Part shown: positions 20,083 through 29,269 of the stretch, in pieces
Position numbering within the stretch: position 1 is the stretch's first letter
How the letters are laid out: every line of letters begins with the position of its first letter
Source: an uncultured virus (IMG/VR IMGVR_UViG_3300025327_000013)
Taxonomy: Duplodnaviria > Heunggongvirae > Uroviricota > Caudoviricetes
Length of the DNA stretch: 64,000 nucleotides
Reading direction: 5' to 3' (one strand)
Virus record (IMG/VR): IMGVR_UViG_3300025327_000013
Notes under the pieces: generated by a model
Told to the model about the DNA's origin: nothing
What the model saw: the letters and a program-made list of their open reading frames with translations, nothing else
Databases searched by the model: none
Made by a program: the position numbers and the translations under genes

Positions 20083-21885
20083 ATGTCCATCGTAGTATCA
20101 GATGTATCCGCAATCGGTGAAGCGTTGGCGATCGCTTTGCAAACACCGCTTGCCATTGATTGGGCACTTGCTGCTACGATTCCTGGACACGATACCGCAT
20201 CGGGAATCAGTAATATCGGTGGAGGACGTATGGTTGCGGTGGTTGGCGCTACGTATAGCCTTCCGTTCTCTTCCTTAAAACGCGGTGAAGTCTGGGCTTC
20301 CAATGATGACGGTAAACCAGGCTCCTGGCAGCGCACTTCAGGCTTAGCTATGTTTTCGGAACTTGGGGTTTCCGGAGAGGATGTGTTTAGTATGGGCGCT
20401 GGGTTACTGTGTTACAAGCCAAGTGACTGGCTGCATGCTGAAGACGGAAAAGGTCCTTCTTCCGGCGATGCCGGCGGTATCATTCGGGCTCATCAAAATC
20501 GTGACGTCGGACCTGGAACGCCGATTTTCTTATTGACCGGGTGGTCACAATTTGGCCGGCCTAGCATGAACGGACGGAGGGATGTGGCAACGCGGAAATT
20601 TGCCGTCTGGCCGGGGTTGTTCCAATATGAAATGTTCGGCCCCGATCCAGTGATCCACGGTCAATTACTTCTCCAACTGTCACAAGCTGGTGCAACGTCA
20701 TTAACGACTGCATTCATACTGAATGAACTCGAACCTGGAGCCGCCTATGCACAAAGTATCAATCCGGATGGAAGTATCAGCTGGATATGGGTCACTGAAC
20801 CGCCCCTGATTGGAAGTTCGACTCTCTCCGGCACTATCCCTGGGCTCATGGCAGACTCCTATTTTTATATGATTGCGTCACACGACGGCGTAATCTGGCG
20901 GCCGTACGGAGATACGTCGGAAGTTATTGGTAGTGGACGTATGCAAGGCATCGGCATTAATTCCTGTGGTGAAGCGTTCTTTCTCAGCGACCATGACACA
21001 CTGCTCCTCGGTGTCAATGTCACGGGATTATCTCCGTGTATTTTCAAGAGTACCGCACGTGGAGCACCAGGGACGTTTAAAGAGATTGTCATGCCTGGAA
21101 ACTTCTTTAACTTTATCCCGCAAGGCCAAAAGGGGCAGTTTGTCTTTAGCAGTTTATACGTCATGACGCATTGTTTCTGCGAGCTCGATGATGGAACTGT
21201 GCTCTGTGCTGGCGGTGCCCCGACAGCTGTGAATCCTGTGTCTAATAACAATCAAACCAGTCCAGCATACCATTATGCCGTTATCTGGCGATCGGAAGAC
21301 AAGGCCGAGACGTGGGAAAATATTAGTCTCAACAACGAATTGCCAAGTCCGTTGCCAGACGCAAATGATTATTGGTATGAAGGACGTACGTTACTTGCGC
21401 TCGGTGGTCAAGCTGCGTTCTTAGGTTGTAATATCTCTACCGATTTCGTCGACCCGACATGGACACCGTTTTTCTTGACTAAGGACGGGGTGAATTTCGT
21501 CAAGTCTGTGCCAACCTCTCGAGTCGGTATGTTTGCCCTCGATGCATCAGTGTACCCGACCGTCGTCCAAACAACATTCGCCGACGATGGAACTATCCTC
21601 GCGATCGTGTCGCTCTTGTACGCGGGACCTGGGAATGTTGGCCAAGTAGAAATCTGGCGCGGCATGATGACCGGTGGCATCCTGACAGGTCGCACGATCA
21701 CCGGAGAGCCGATTATACCCAACCCATCCGGGGTCCCGCCGCCGGGGACTCCACCGCCAGGGACACCGCCAGGGACGCCGCCGGTGACACCACCAGGAGA
21801 GACGGATGTACATCGTGCGGTCGGCTTTCTCGAACAACGTCCGCCATCGTCCATGATCCCTGAGCAGGAACTTGGAAGAGGCTAA
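20083..21885 (+). CDS. putative beta-propeller (Asp-box/BNR-like) receptor-binding tail protein
   Basis: SNDDGKPGSW, SHDGVIW, SEDKAETW, TKDGVNF repeats; C-terminal PPGT tract. Confidence 0.6.
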   Translation: MSIVVSDVSAIGEALAIALQTPLAIDWALAATIPGHDTASGISNIGGGRMVAVVGATYSLPFSSLKRGEVWASNDDGKPGSWQRTSGLAMFSELGVSGEDVFSMGAGLLCYKPSDWLHAEDGKGPSSGDAGGIIRAHQNRDVGPGTPIFLLTGWSQFGRPSMNGRRDVATRKFAVWPGLFQYEMFGPDPVIHGQLLLQLSQAGATSLTTAFILNELEPGAAYAQSINPDGSISWIWVTEPPLIGSSTLSGTIPGLMADSYFYMIASHDGVIWRPYGDTSEVIGSGRMQGIGINSCGEAFFLSDHDTLLLGVNVTGLSPCIFKSTARGAPGTFKEIVMPGNFFNFIPQGQKGQFVFSSLYVMTHCFCELDDGTVLCAGGAPTAVNPVSNNNQTSPAYHYAVIWRSEDKAETWENISLNNELPSPLPDANDYWYEGRTLLALGGQAAFLGCNISTDFVDPTWTPFFLTKDGVNFVKSVPTSRVGMFALDASVYPTVVQTTFADDGTILAIVSLLYAGPGNVGQVEIWRGMMTGGILTGRTITGEPIIPNPSGVPPPGTPPPGTPPGTPPVTPPGETDVHRAVGFLEQRPPSSMIPEQELGRG

Positions 21886-21888
21886 GGC

Positions 21889-22545
21889 ATGATCCCGACC
21901 GTTATTCCACTTACCAATGCTCTGCTCGTTGATTGGAGCAACTTCACACCATCGGCAGATCATGAATTCTACAAAGTGGTCTACGGACTGACCAATCCAC
22001 CCACCATTGTGTGGGGCAATACCACTGCGCAGCAGATAACCATTAGTGGTCTCACGGCCGGTGTTACTTATTACGTGCAAGTCTTTGCCTTCGATTGCTT
22101 TGGTGGTGGACAGGGTAGTGGCATCGCGTCAGGCACTCCACTGGATACGACAAACTGCGCTCCGTGCCGCGCCGGCAAGACATCGATCGTCCAGACTGTG
22201 TCTCGTGTACTTACTATCGACTATCAAGACATCCTTTCGGTGACGGCTGTACTCACGCAGGTGGGGCAGTTCGTATCCCTCTGGGCTGGCGGAGATTTTG
22301 CATACACTTCAGCCGGCGTGGGCAGGTTTCTCGTCCAGCGACGGGTGTCAGGCGGTGGAGGGGTAACCGTGGACCTCCGATCCAGTGGAGTCTATGTCCC
22401 GAGTACGAACGACCCTGTCACTGGGCATATCAGCCTGTCTGACGCTCCGGATCCAGGCACATGGGAATACGTACTGATGGCCAAGTGTACCGTTCCGGCT
22501 ACCGTACTGACCGCGTCCTACATCGATCTTCTCCAGGAGAGGTGA
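21889..22545 (+). CDS. fibronectin type III domain tail protein
   Basis: VDW...YKVVYG...ISGLTAGVTYYVQVFAFD FN3 signature. Confidence 0.75.
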   Translation: MIPTVIPLTNALLVDWSNFTPSADHEFYKVVYGLTNPPTIVWGNTTAQQITISGLTAGVTYYVQVFAFDCFGGGQGSGIASGTPLDTTNCAPCRAGKTSIVQTVSRVLTIDYQDILSVTAVLTQVGQFVSLWAGGDFAYTSAGVGRFLVQRRVSGGGGVTVDLRSSGVYVPSTNDPVTGHISLSDAPDPGTWEYVLMAKCTVPATVLTASYIDLLQER

Positions 22546-22552
22546 AGCTCTT

Positions 22553-23212
22553 ATGCCACAATATAAAGAAGGCACTGCCCGGGCACTCAGCGCTGCACAT
22601 CAACGGATTGAGCTTGTGGGTGGTACGACCACAAATCATATCGTCACAGGGGATCTCTTCCGGTTCCGTGCTGACGTCGCGTCAGCTTGGTTCGAAGTCT
22701 CGAGCATCGTCAGCGCCACGATTTTCGATTTGACGGGGCCGTATAACGCGGCCCAGGCATTCGATACGCTGCTCCCATATCTCATTGTCAGGGATTTTAC
22801 CCCGAATTTCGAAATCCCAGAACTGGCGCCTGGAGACATTGCCATCCGGGAAGTCTTCACGGAAGCCATGCGCGTGATCGATGGTATCCTGTCCTTTGCC
22901 GCGCGGGCTGAGTTCTCATTTGTCGGTGCGCTCTCCATTGGAGACAAGCCGTTCCGGTGGTATTCTCCACTTCGCATGACCACGCGGACGGTGCACATTT
23001 CCGTAGGATCGCCCGCTACGAGTCCCGTCACAGTGGATGTCAAGAAGAATGGGTCCACCGTGTTTACTGACTCGGCGGCAAGGCCAACTATCGGTGTTGG
23101 CCAGTATTCTGCTGAAGTTCCGTGTGCAGCATCGCTCGTAACCAATGACTACCTAACGGTTAGTATTATCGCGTCAGGTGGTTCAGATTTGGTCGTACAG
23201 GTGAGGTTTTAG
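22553..23212 (+). CDS. putative tail fibre-associated structural protein
   Basis: MPQYKEGT N-terminus and VDVKKNGSTVF...RPTI C-terminal beta domain; in the tail operon. Confidence 0.55.
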   Translation: MPQYKEGTARALSAAHQRIELVGGTTTNHIVTGDLFRFRADVASAWFEVSSIVSATIFDLTGPYNAAQAFDTLLPYLIVRDFTPNFEIPELAPGDIAIREVFTEAMRVIDGILSFAARAEFSFVGALSIGDKPFRWYSPLRMTTRTVHISVGSPATSPVTVDVKKNGSTVFTDSAARPTIGVGQYSAEVPCAASLVTNDYLTVSIIASGGSDLVVQVRF

Positions 23213-23214
23213 GA

Positions 23215-23571
23215 ATGGCTAATTCCCGCGAACGCCTTGAATTTCGTTCTCCGAAAGACCCCAAGCCAACTTGGGCGCTTTTTCCGAACGAAATTGCCAA
23301 GCAACCAGGCCTTGTGATCGTTGCCAACGCCAAAGGCCGTGTGATCGCTACCATTGACCCCGTTACTCGCGAACGCCGCACGCTCAATGGGACCGTCGAA
23401 GCCAAGCTATCCCCACAGGGCTGGCTCCTGCCCATTTCCGACACTGCAATGATCTTCAATCACGCACCGCGTCAAGTTCAGCCGAATTACGAGCTTTCCC
23501 TGGCTCGGGATAGGGATCCTCGGTCGGCGTCACAGCGAGAGAGAAGGAAGAGCAACGGAAAAAGGGCTTGA
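23215..23571 (+). CDS. hypothetical protein, last gene of the tail block
   Basis: Starts 2 nt after the upstream stop. Confidence 0.5.
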   Translation: MANSRERLEFRSPKDPKPTWALFPNEIAKQPGLVIVANAKGRVIATIDPVTRERRTLNGTVEAKLSPQGWLLPISDTAMIFNHAPRQVQPNYELSLARDRDPRSASQRERRKSNGKRA

Positions 23572-23596
23572 CAAAAGCCACCACCATCAGTACGAT
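23568..23596 (+). promoter_or_regulatory. sigma70-type promoter
   Basis: TTGACA-17 bp-TACGAT at the boundary of structural and replication modules. Confidence 0.7.
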
Positions 23597-23603
23597 TCTC
23601 GCC

Positions 23604-23729
23604 GTGACGCTAAAAAAGGGCTTGCCGAAATCCCGTACCTGCCCCAAGTGTAGTGTTACGTGGGTACCGCGCAAGCTTACATCCGTGAAGTGTCCAAGGT
23701 GCTGGGTTCTTCTACCGAAGGAGGGCTAA
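23604..23729 (+). CDS. 41 aa zinc-ribbon protein, probably leaderless
   Basis: GTG start 7 nt after the -10 box; CPKCSVTWVPRKLTSVKCPRC; below the ORF track cutoff. Confidence 0.6.
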   Translation: MTLKKGLPKSRTCPKCSVTWVPRKLTSVKCPRCWVLLPKEG

Positions 23730-23730
23730 C

Positions 23731-23946
23731 ATGGCGAAATCACTTCACGTTCCAGGCGTCCCGAAGGGTTTCACGGGCCATATTCTGTGGATCCGGAAAG
23801 GTCAGGATGCTCAGTACTATATCCGCCTTATCTCGCGCAACCGGCAGATTCGGATGGTCAGCGAAGCCTATCCGACGCGCACACATGCCAAGCGTGCCGC
23901 CAAGAGTCTAGCGTCCGCACGGACGGCAGCCTGGGTGATCGTATGA
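23731..23946 (+). CDS. DUF1508/YegP-like protein
   Basis: YYIRLISRNRQIRMVSEAYPTRTHAKRA resembles the family pattern; AAGGAGG RBS. Confidence 0.65.
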   Translation: MAKSLHVPGVPKGFTGHILWIRKGQDAQYYIRLISRNRQIRMVSEAYPTRTHAKRAAKSLASARTAAWVIV

Positions 23947-24446
23947 AGAATGCTACGGGCCTGCGTAGCAACTCCACCGCAATGAAGAATGCCGGCAGCA
24001 TTAGCCTTGCATTTGTGTGGGGTATCCGTCTCAGGCTCTGGGCCGAGGGCGACAAGCTCCGGGCCGAGGGCGCCAAGCTCTGGGCCGAGGGCGCCAAGCT
24101 CCGGGCCGAGGGCGCCAAGCTCCGGGCCGAGGGCGCCAAGCTCCGGGCCGAGGGCGACAAGCTCCGGGCCGAGGGCGACAAGCTCTGGGCCGAGGGCGCC
24201 AAGCTCTGGGCCGAGGGCGACAAGCTCCGGGCCGAGGGCGACAAGCTCTGGGCCGAGGGCGACAAGCTCCGGGCCGAGGGCGCCAAGCTCTGGGCCGAGG
24301 GCGGCAAGCTCCGAGCCGAGGGCGGCAAGCTCTGGGCTGAGGGCATTCTTGAGGCCCACGGGAATATCCGCGTGGAATGGGTGTACCGCGAAGGCAAGGA
24401 TAGCTATGCGTGCAAACTAGAAACTGGCGAAGTCTTTGAGCCGTGA
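23943..24446 (+). CDS. heptad-repeat protein (L[W/R]AEG[D/A/G]K)n
   Basis: ATG overlaps the upstream stop; repeat flanked by unique N- and C-termini. Confidence 0.7.
   Translation: MKNATGLRSNSTAMKNAGSISLAFVWGIRLRLWAEGDKLRAEGAKLWAEGAKLRAEGAKLRAEGAKLRAEGDKLRAEGDKLWAEGAKLWAEGDKLRAEGDKLWAEGDKLRAEGAKLWAEGGKLRAEGGKLWAEGILEAHGNIRVEWVYREGKDSYACKLETGEVFEP
24036..24344 (+). repeat. 21 bp coding tandem repeat, about 14.7 units
   Basis: Unit CTC YGG GCC GAG GGC GVC AAG read directly. Confidence 0.95.
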
Positions 24447-24566
24447 AGGCCTTGGCCCGTTATAGGCACGACAAAACCTGTGCAGCTGCGAGCTCCATAG
24501 GACAAATCGTGCGCCTCTCGCAGAGGAAAGCGATGGTCATTGCGACCACGCCGGGCCTTCTTTTTT
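24445..24566 (+). ncRNA. candidate structured RNA/attenuator: multibranch fold closed by a stem plus T6
   Basis: Closing stem 24445-24456/24550-24560, three internal hairpins, complementary loops TGCGA/TCGCA. Confidence 0.5.
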
Positions 24567-24579
24567 GGAGCAGAGGTAG

Positions 24580-25071
24580 ATGAATACAGTAGCGATGAAT
24601 ACAGTAGCTGAACAGATTGCCGAGTTGAAGCGCATCGGTCTCGTCGCGTCCACCATGCCTGATCGGTTGGCCCAGACGAGAGCCATCCTAAGCAATCTCC
24701 GTGCTGATCTCGAGTCAGCCTCTAGTCTTGTAAAGGATCGTGAGGCTGAAACGTTGTCACTGGTATCGGCTGAAACGTTACCAGACAGCGCCAAGCCTGC
24801 GTTTTCAAACAAGGAATCCCGTGAGGCAGAGGTACGACAGCGTTTGGCTGAGGATGTGACCTATAAATTTCTCGTAGGTGAAGAACAGAATGCACAGCGG
24901 CAAAAGTCGGACGTCGAGATTCAGCTAGCGAAGCTACAGGATGAAGATCGGCTCATTGATCGTCAACTTGAGGCTGTCGCAGCATCCTTACGCGCAGAAA
25001 CTGTCCAGTTGCTTCGGCAAGCTCTCGTAGACTTTGTCTCTGTTGAAGCACGGCGACTAACGGACAAGTAA
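24580..25071 (+). CDS. coiled-coil hypothetical protein
   Basis: GAGG RBS; SNKESREAEV and heptad pattern. Confidence 0.65.
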   Translation: MNTVAMNTVAEQIAELKRIGLVASTMPDRLAQTRAILSNLRADLESASSLVKDREAETLSLVSAETLPDSAKPAFSNKESREAEVRQRLAEDVTYKFLVGEEQNAQRQKSDVEIQLAKLQDEDRLIDRQLEAVAASLRAETVQLLRQALVDFVSVEARRLTDK

Positions 25072-25334
25072 TATGATGCCCACATTGTCTCCACAAGGAG
25101 GGTGGCCGAGCGCTGACGGTCTTCCATGCTGCGGCTGTGGAGCAGACCTGAATTACAGTGAATGTGTGCAAGTAAGCTTCTCTGATCGTAACTTCATGGC
25201 GTTTTGTGGTTTCAAATGTCTAGCGCTCTGGACTCATTATTTCTCAGGGCGCTTTGATGAAGTGCGTGCGTGGACAGCGTTGGTAGAACCGCGTTCGGTG
25301 TCTCACTAACAACCAAGGTTGTACGGAGGGCATC

Positions 25335-26237
25335 ATGACTGACCCAGTTACTGGTACCACGACCAGCGTAATTCCTAGCCACACCGGCCTCGCCAAGAAG
25401 CGCGATCCGATGCTCGAGATGGCCGAATCCAAGACCGTGCCGCCAATTCTCCGGGAACACTTTACGGAGACCGATTGGGGCGCGATGGCGGTCCCAGATC
25501 GCATGGAAGCGCTCGCGTTCTTCGCAGCGGAGCAAGCGGAGACGACCAAAGGCCTCATCATCACGTTTCCGCAGATCAAGTATCCCACCGCGCAGGCCGG
25601 CGTCTGGGTTGTACCGGATGCCACAGGCACGCCGCAATATCGTCCGACTATCGGCGGAGTGATTCTGTTCAAACAGCCCGTGAGGGCATATTGGCCAATC
25701 GACAAACCACTGTCGAATGATCCACCCATGTGCTCATCGCCAGACGGACGGAAACCTGATACGCCTGGACCGATCAATCCAATCGGTGGTCGACAAGCCG
25801 ATACCTGCGCAGCCTGCCCACGCTCAGTATTTGGGACAGGCAAGGAGGGTGAAGGGCAGGCTTGTAAGGCCAGGATCAACACATTTAATCTCATGGATCA
25901 GAATGGGCACGACGTCAAACAGCCTCTTCAACTTGAGGAAATCCCTACGCTGATCTCCGTTCCACCTAGTCAGCTCAAGGCATTCAGTGAATACGCCGTC
26001 CAGGTCAGGAAAAGTTCCACGGGCTCGCTGCTCGCCTGGACTACGACGTTCGGTCTCAAAGATGACAAGAACAAGCGCGGGACGGAATTCAAGGCGCTCG
26101 TCCTGTCGACAGGGAAAAAGCTCACCTATGAACAAATGCAGACGTGTCGGAAAATCTCCGATAGCTTTGCGGATCAGTTCAGTCGGCGTGGCTTTGTGCC
26201 TGAGGATGCTGAAGAGGAACCCACGTTCCCAAGCTAG
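25335..26237 (+). CDS. putative ssDNA-binding protein with Cys4 motif
   Basis: RAYW..PPMCSSPDG..CAACP..GQACK; acidic C-terminal tail EDAEEEPTF; in the recombination module. Confidence 0.55.
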   Translation: MTDPVTGTTTSVIPSHTGLAKKRDPMLEMAESKTVPPILREHFTETDWGAMAVPDRMEALAFFAAEQAETTKGLIITFPQIKYPTAQAGVWVVPDATGTPQYRPTIGGVILFKQPVRAYWPIDKPLSNDPPMCSSPDGRKPDTPGPINPIGGRQADTCAACPRSVFGTGKEGEGQACKARINTFNLMDQNGHDVKQPLQLEEIPTLISVPPSQLKAFSEYAVQVRKSSTGSLLAWTTTFGLKDDKNKRGTEFKALVLSTGKKLTYEQMQTCRKISDSFADQFSRRGFVPEDAEEEPTFPS

Positions 26238-26243
26238 CTGCGA

Positions 26244-26642
26244 ATGCGAGTATTAGAAGTCTGGATCCCAGGTGTCGTGGTTAGCGTAAACACGTTCCGG
26301 CGTCGCGGCACCAGGGATCGCATGGCAACCATCAAGATGGAGCGGGACAGAGCCAAGGCATGCGCGCTCAAGGCTGTACGGGAGAAGTATCGGAGTGGGG
26401 ATGACACGTGGACTGGGCCGACAACTATCGACTTTGAAATCTATACAAGTCGTACGCTGAAAGATCGTTTGCAAGTAGGGGGGGCACTAAAGGCCACACA
26501 GGATGGAATTTGCCTTGCTATCCTCCCACTTGGCGATGGGCATGGAACACCGTACGTTTGGCGTGAACCAACGCAGATCAAAGTCAAGACACGGAAGGAA
26601 GAGGGCGTGCTAGTGACGATACAAGAACTTAGCAATGGGTAA
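26244..26642 (+). CDS. RusA-like Holliday junction resolvase (divergent)
   Basis: IPGVVVSVN...D......LKATQDG...EEGVLVTI; the canonical DxDN is not fully conserved. Confidence 0.55.
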   Translation: MRVLEVWIPGVVVSVNTFRRRGTRDRMATIKMERDRAKACALKAVREKYRSGDDTWTGPTTIDFEIYTSRTLKDRLQVGGALKATQDGICLAILPLGDGHGTPYVWREPTQIKVKTRKEEGVLVTIQELSNG

Positions 26643-27534
26643 AACCAATATCGAGTGGGCAACCGATGTTTGGAATCCCGTTCGCGGATGTTCTCGTGTA
26701 TCCGAAGGATGCCGTTTTTGTTACGCAGAAATCATCGCAGCTCGTTTCTCTGACTCCGGGATGCCATATGAAGACCTCGCTACGCGTACCTCAATAGGCC
26801 CACGGTGGACCGGCAAAGTCCAATTCATTGAAAAGCATCTATTTGATCCGATCAAATGGAAAGCGCCGCGAAGAATATTTGTCGCAAGTATGTCCGATCC
26901 GAATCACGAAAAAGTTCCTAACTCGTGGCGGGACCAAATGCTTGCTGTGATGATTCAGGCACCGCAACATAAGTATCTCTGGCTGACGAAGCGGGCCGAC
27001 AACATGCTGGCATACTTCGCCGACCCGCATACACGCAATAGAGTTGCTGCTCAACTTGGTTGGCGACCAGAGCGTATGAATAACACGTGGCCAATTCCAG
27101 GTCTCTGGTTAGGTGTATCCGTCGAAAATCAAGCAACGGCCGATGAACGGATTCCGTTGTTACTCGAAACGCCAGCGGCGATACGGTGGATAAGTTACGA
27201 ACCCGCATTAGGAGTCGTAGATTTCTCTTCTAGGCCGATGGAAGAAGGCTGGTATCACAACTGGTTGAAGATTACTGAGACAGAACCACCAATTCCACGG
27301 CTCGACTGGATCGTATGTGGCGGTGAGAGCGGTTCTGGTGCACGGCCTTTTGACCTCACATGGGCTCGGCAGACCATCATTCAGTGTACTGAGGCAGGTA
27401 TTCCGGCGTTCATAAAACAGCTTGGAAGTACGCCTGTTAATGGCACAGAGAAGATACATCTCATAGACCGCAAGGGCGGCGATTTGGACGAATGGCCAGA
27501 AGATCTCCGCGTACGAGAATTTCCAGATGCCTAA
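26635..27534 (+). CDS. DUF5131 / phage Gp37Gp68 family protein
   Basis: IEWATDVWNPVRGCSRVSEGCRFCYA, LTKR, WLGVSVENQ, SYEPALG, WIVCGGESG, FIKQLG. Confidence 0.9.
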   Translation: MGKTNIEWATDVWNPVRGCSRVSEGCRFCYAEIIAARFSDSGMPYEDLATRTSIGPRWTGKVQFIEKHLFDPIKWKAPRRIFVASMSDPNHEKVPNSWRDQMLAVMIQAPQHKYLWLTKRADNMLAYFADPHTRNRVAAQLGWRPERMNNTWPIPGLWLGVSVENQATADERIPLLLETPAAIRWISYEPALGVVDFSSRPMEEGWYHNWLKITETEPPIPRLDWIVCGGESGSGARPFDLTWARQTIIQCTEAGIPAFIKQLGSTPVNGTEKIHLIDRKGGDLDEWPEDLRVREFPDA

Positions 27535-28162
27535 TCCGCGCCCATGGATCATCGCCTACGATGCCACCGGCCTGCACAAGAAGCCACCGTACACGCTGGA
27601 GTGCCGGCGGTGCTTTGCCACTTATTCGCCGACCATTCCTGTGGCGGTGGATATCTTCTGTGCGATGGCGGAGGTATTTGAAAAGCAGCATACGCGGTGT
27701 GTGGAGAAGACGGAGAAAGCATGACAACGTGCCGACATACCTATTGCGAGAATCCAGCTACCAGCGATTCACCGTACTGTGTAATCTGTCAACGCTACGT
27801 GACAGGCGGAGACCTGACTGATTACTCCTGTCCATGTGGCGTGCTGGAGTGGATGAAAAGCGGCGGAAGCCGGGGCTGGCATCCATGATCTACCTCGTAT
27901 TACTCAAGGGTGGCGTCAGGAAATGGCAAACCCTTGGGCATTTATCAGAACCCAAGGTGGTATGGAATATTCCGGTTCCACGCCATGGTGTATTTAGCTG
28001 GATTAGCACGCCTATGTGTGCCGCAGCAGAATTTACATCTCGAGAAGCCGCACAAACTGCTATCAATGTTACTGAAAAGTACATCGACGATCAGATTACT
28101 GCGGGCAATCCAAACTTTACTAAGATCCCTGGAATTAAATACTGTATTGCGAAGGTGGAGGA

Positions 28163-29269
28163 ATGAAGATCAGCGTACTTGGCGATCTTCACTTATCAGA
28201 ACAAAGTCCGCGCTACGCCCACGCGCTTGAGGTCCTCGATCACTGTATTGATGTCGGCGTCCAGCGTAACGCGAAGATCTGGGTATTTTGCGGTGACGTA
28301 TTCGAAGGGAAGCCGACCCCTGGCGAGTATCACGCGTTCCTACAACGCGTGTACCGGATCATCGAACATGGTGGAATGGTCTGCGTTGTACGTGGCAATC
28401 ACGAGGCCTACGAGGCCTATAGTTTTTTCGAACTCCTAAACCCCATGATCCGGGTGGCGTGGGATGCGTTCCTTTGGCAGGAATTCGACGCATGCCGAGT
28501 ACTTCTCATGCCGTATCCCGTCCGCTATCGGCCACCGTTTCACGCCGTTTACCAGGAGACGATCTCAGGAAGTATGCGAGCATCGGTTAATCTCATAGCT
28601 GACAAAATACGAGAGGTTGCGGCCCTTGATGCTAAGTCCTTGTTCGTCTTTGGACATTTTTCTATTGAGGGCCTTACTACGAGAGACACAGATTTCGAGC
28701 GTCATTCTCCAAATGAGGTCGTAGTGCCTCTTGAGGCATTCGAGCCGACAGCTCTCACGCGCGTTGGCCACATTCACAGAGCTCAGCAACTCACAGATAA
28801 AACCGGAAGCGTCGGTTCGTTATACCGAACAAGTTTTGCCGAAATCGATGATCCGAAGATCTTCTGCCTCATTACCGTAGCTGACGATGGCACGATAACG
28901 ACCGAAGATATCCCAACTGGATGTCGCGGCATGCGCGAGTTTGCTCTTGAACTTGATGACCTCACCAGTACTACGCTTCGTGAGATCGAGGACGTCGCTG
29001 CGCAGGGCATTGAAATCAAGGTCGTGCTTAGCATGGCATCGACCGAAGTTTCACGCTATGATCCCACGGTCTTCGACAAGGTGAAAGCGACCGCGCCACT
29101 GTTTGTGCTGGAGAAAGACGTGCGGCCTGTGCAACGTGTCCGAGCACCGGCGTTACAGCCCAATATGAACCTGACCGAGGAATTCTTTGCGTGGACGCAA
29201 GCTATTGGAACTGAGATCGCGGCCGAGCGTATGCCGAGCATTGGTGAGAAACTAAGAGAGCTAGAATGA
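28163..29269 (+). CDS. sbcD: SbcD/Mre11-like metallophosphoesterase nuclease
   Basis: GDLH, GDVFE, GNHE, GH and GHIH motifs. Confidence 0.85.
   Translation: MKISVLGDLHLSEQSPRYAHALEVLDHCIDVGVQRNAKIWVFCGDVFEGKPTPGEYHAFLQRVYRIIEHGGMVCVVRGNHEAYEAYSFFELLNPMIRVAWDAFLWQEFDACRVLLMPYPVRYRPPFHAVYQETISGSMRASVNLIADKIREVAALDAKSLFVFGHFSIEGLTTRDTDFERHSPNEVVVPLEAFEPTALTRVGHIHRAQQLTDKTGSVGSLYRTSFAEIDDPKIFCLITVADDGTITTEDIPTGCRGMREFALELDDLTSTTLREIEDVAAQGIEIKVVLSMASTEVSRYDPTVFDKVKATAPLFVLEKDVRPVQRVRAPALQPNMNLTEEFFAWTQAIGTEIAAERMPSIGEKLRELE

Noticed and set aside
24036..24344. Possible CRISPR array or DGR template/variable repeat
   Set aside because: No unique spacers, no cas or reverse transcriptase gene in the window, and the changes are not adenine-specific on one strand
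23943..24608. Short direct repeats at start codons (ATGAAGAATGC twice; ATGAATACAGTAGC twice)
   Set aside because: Probably local duplications; they only make the start choice ambiguous
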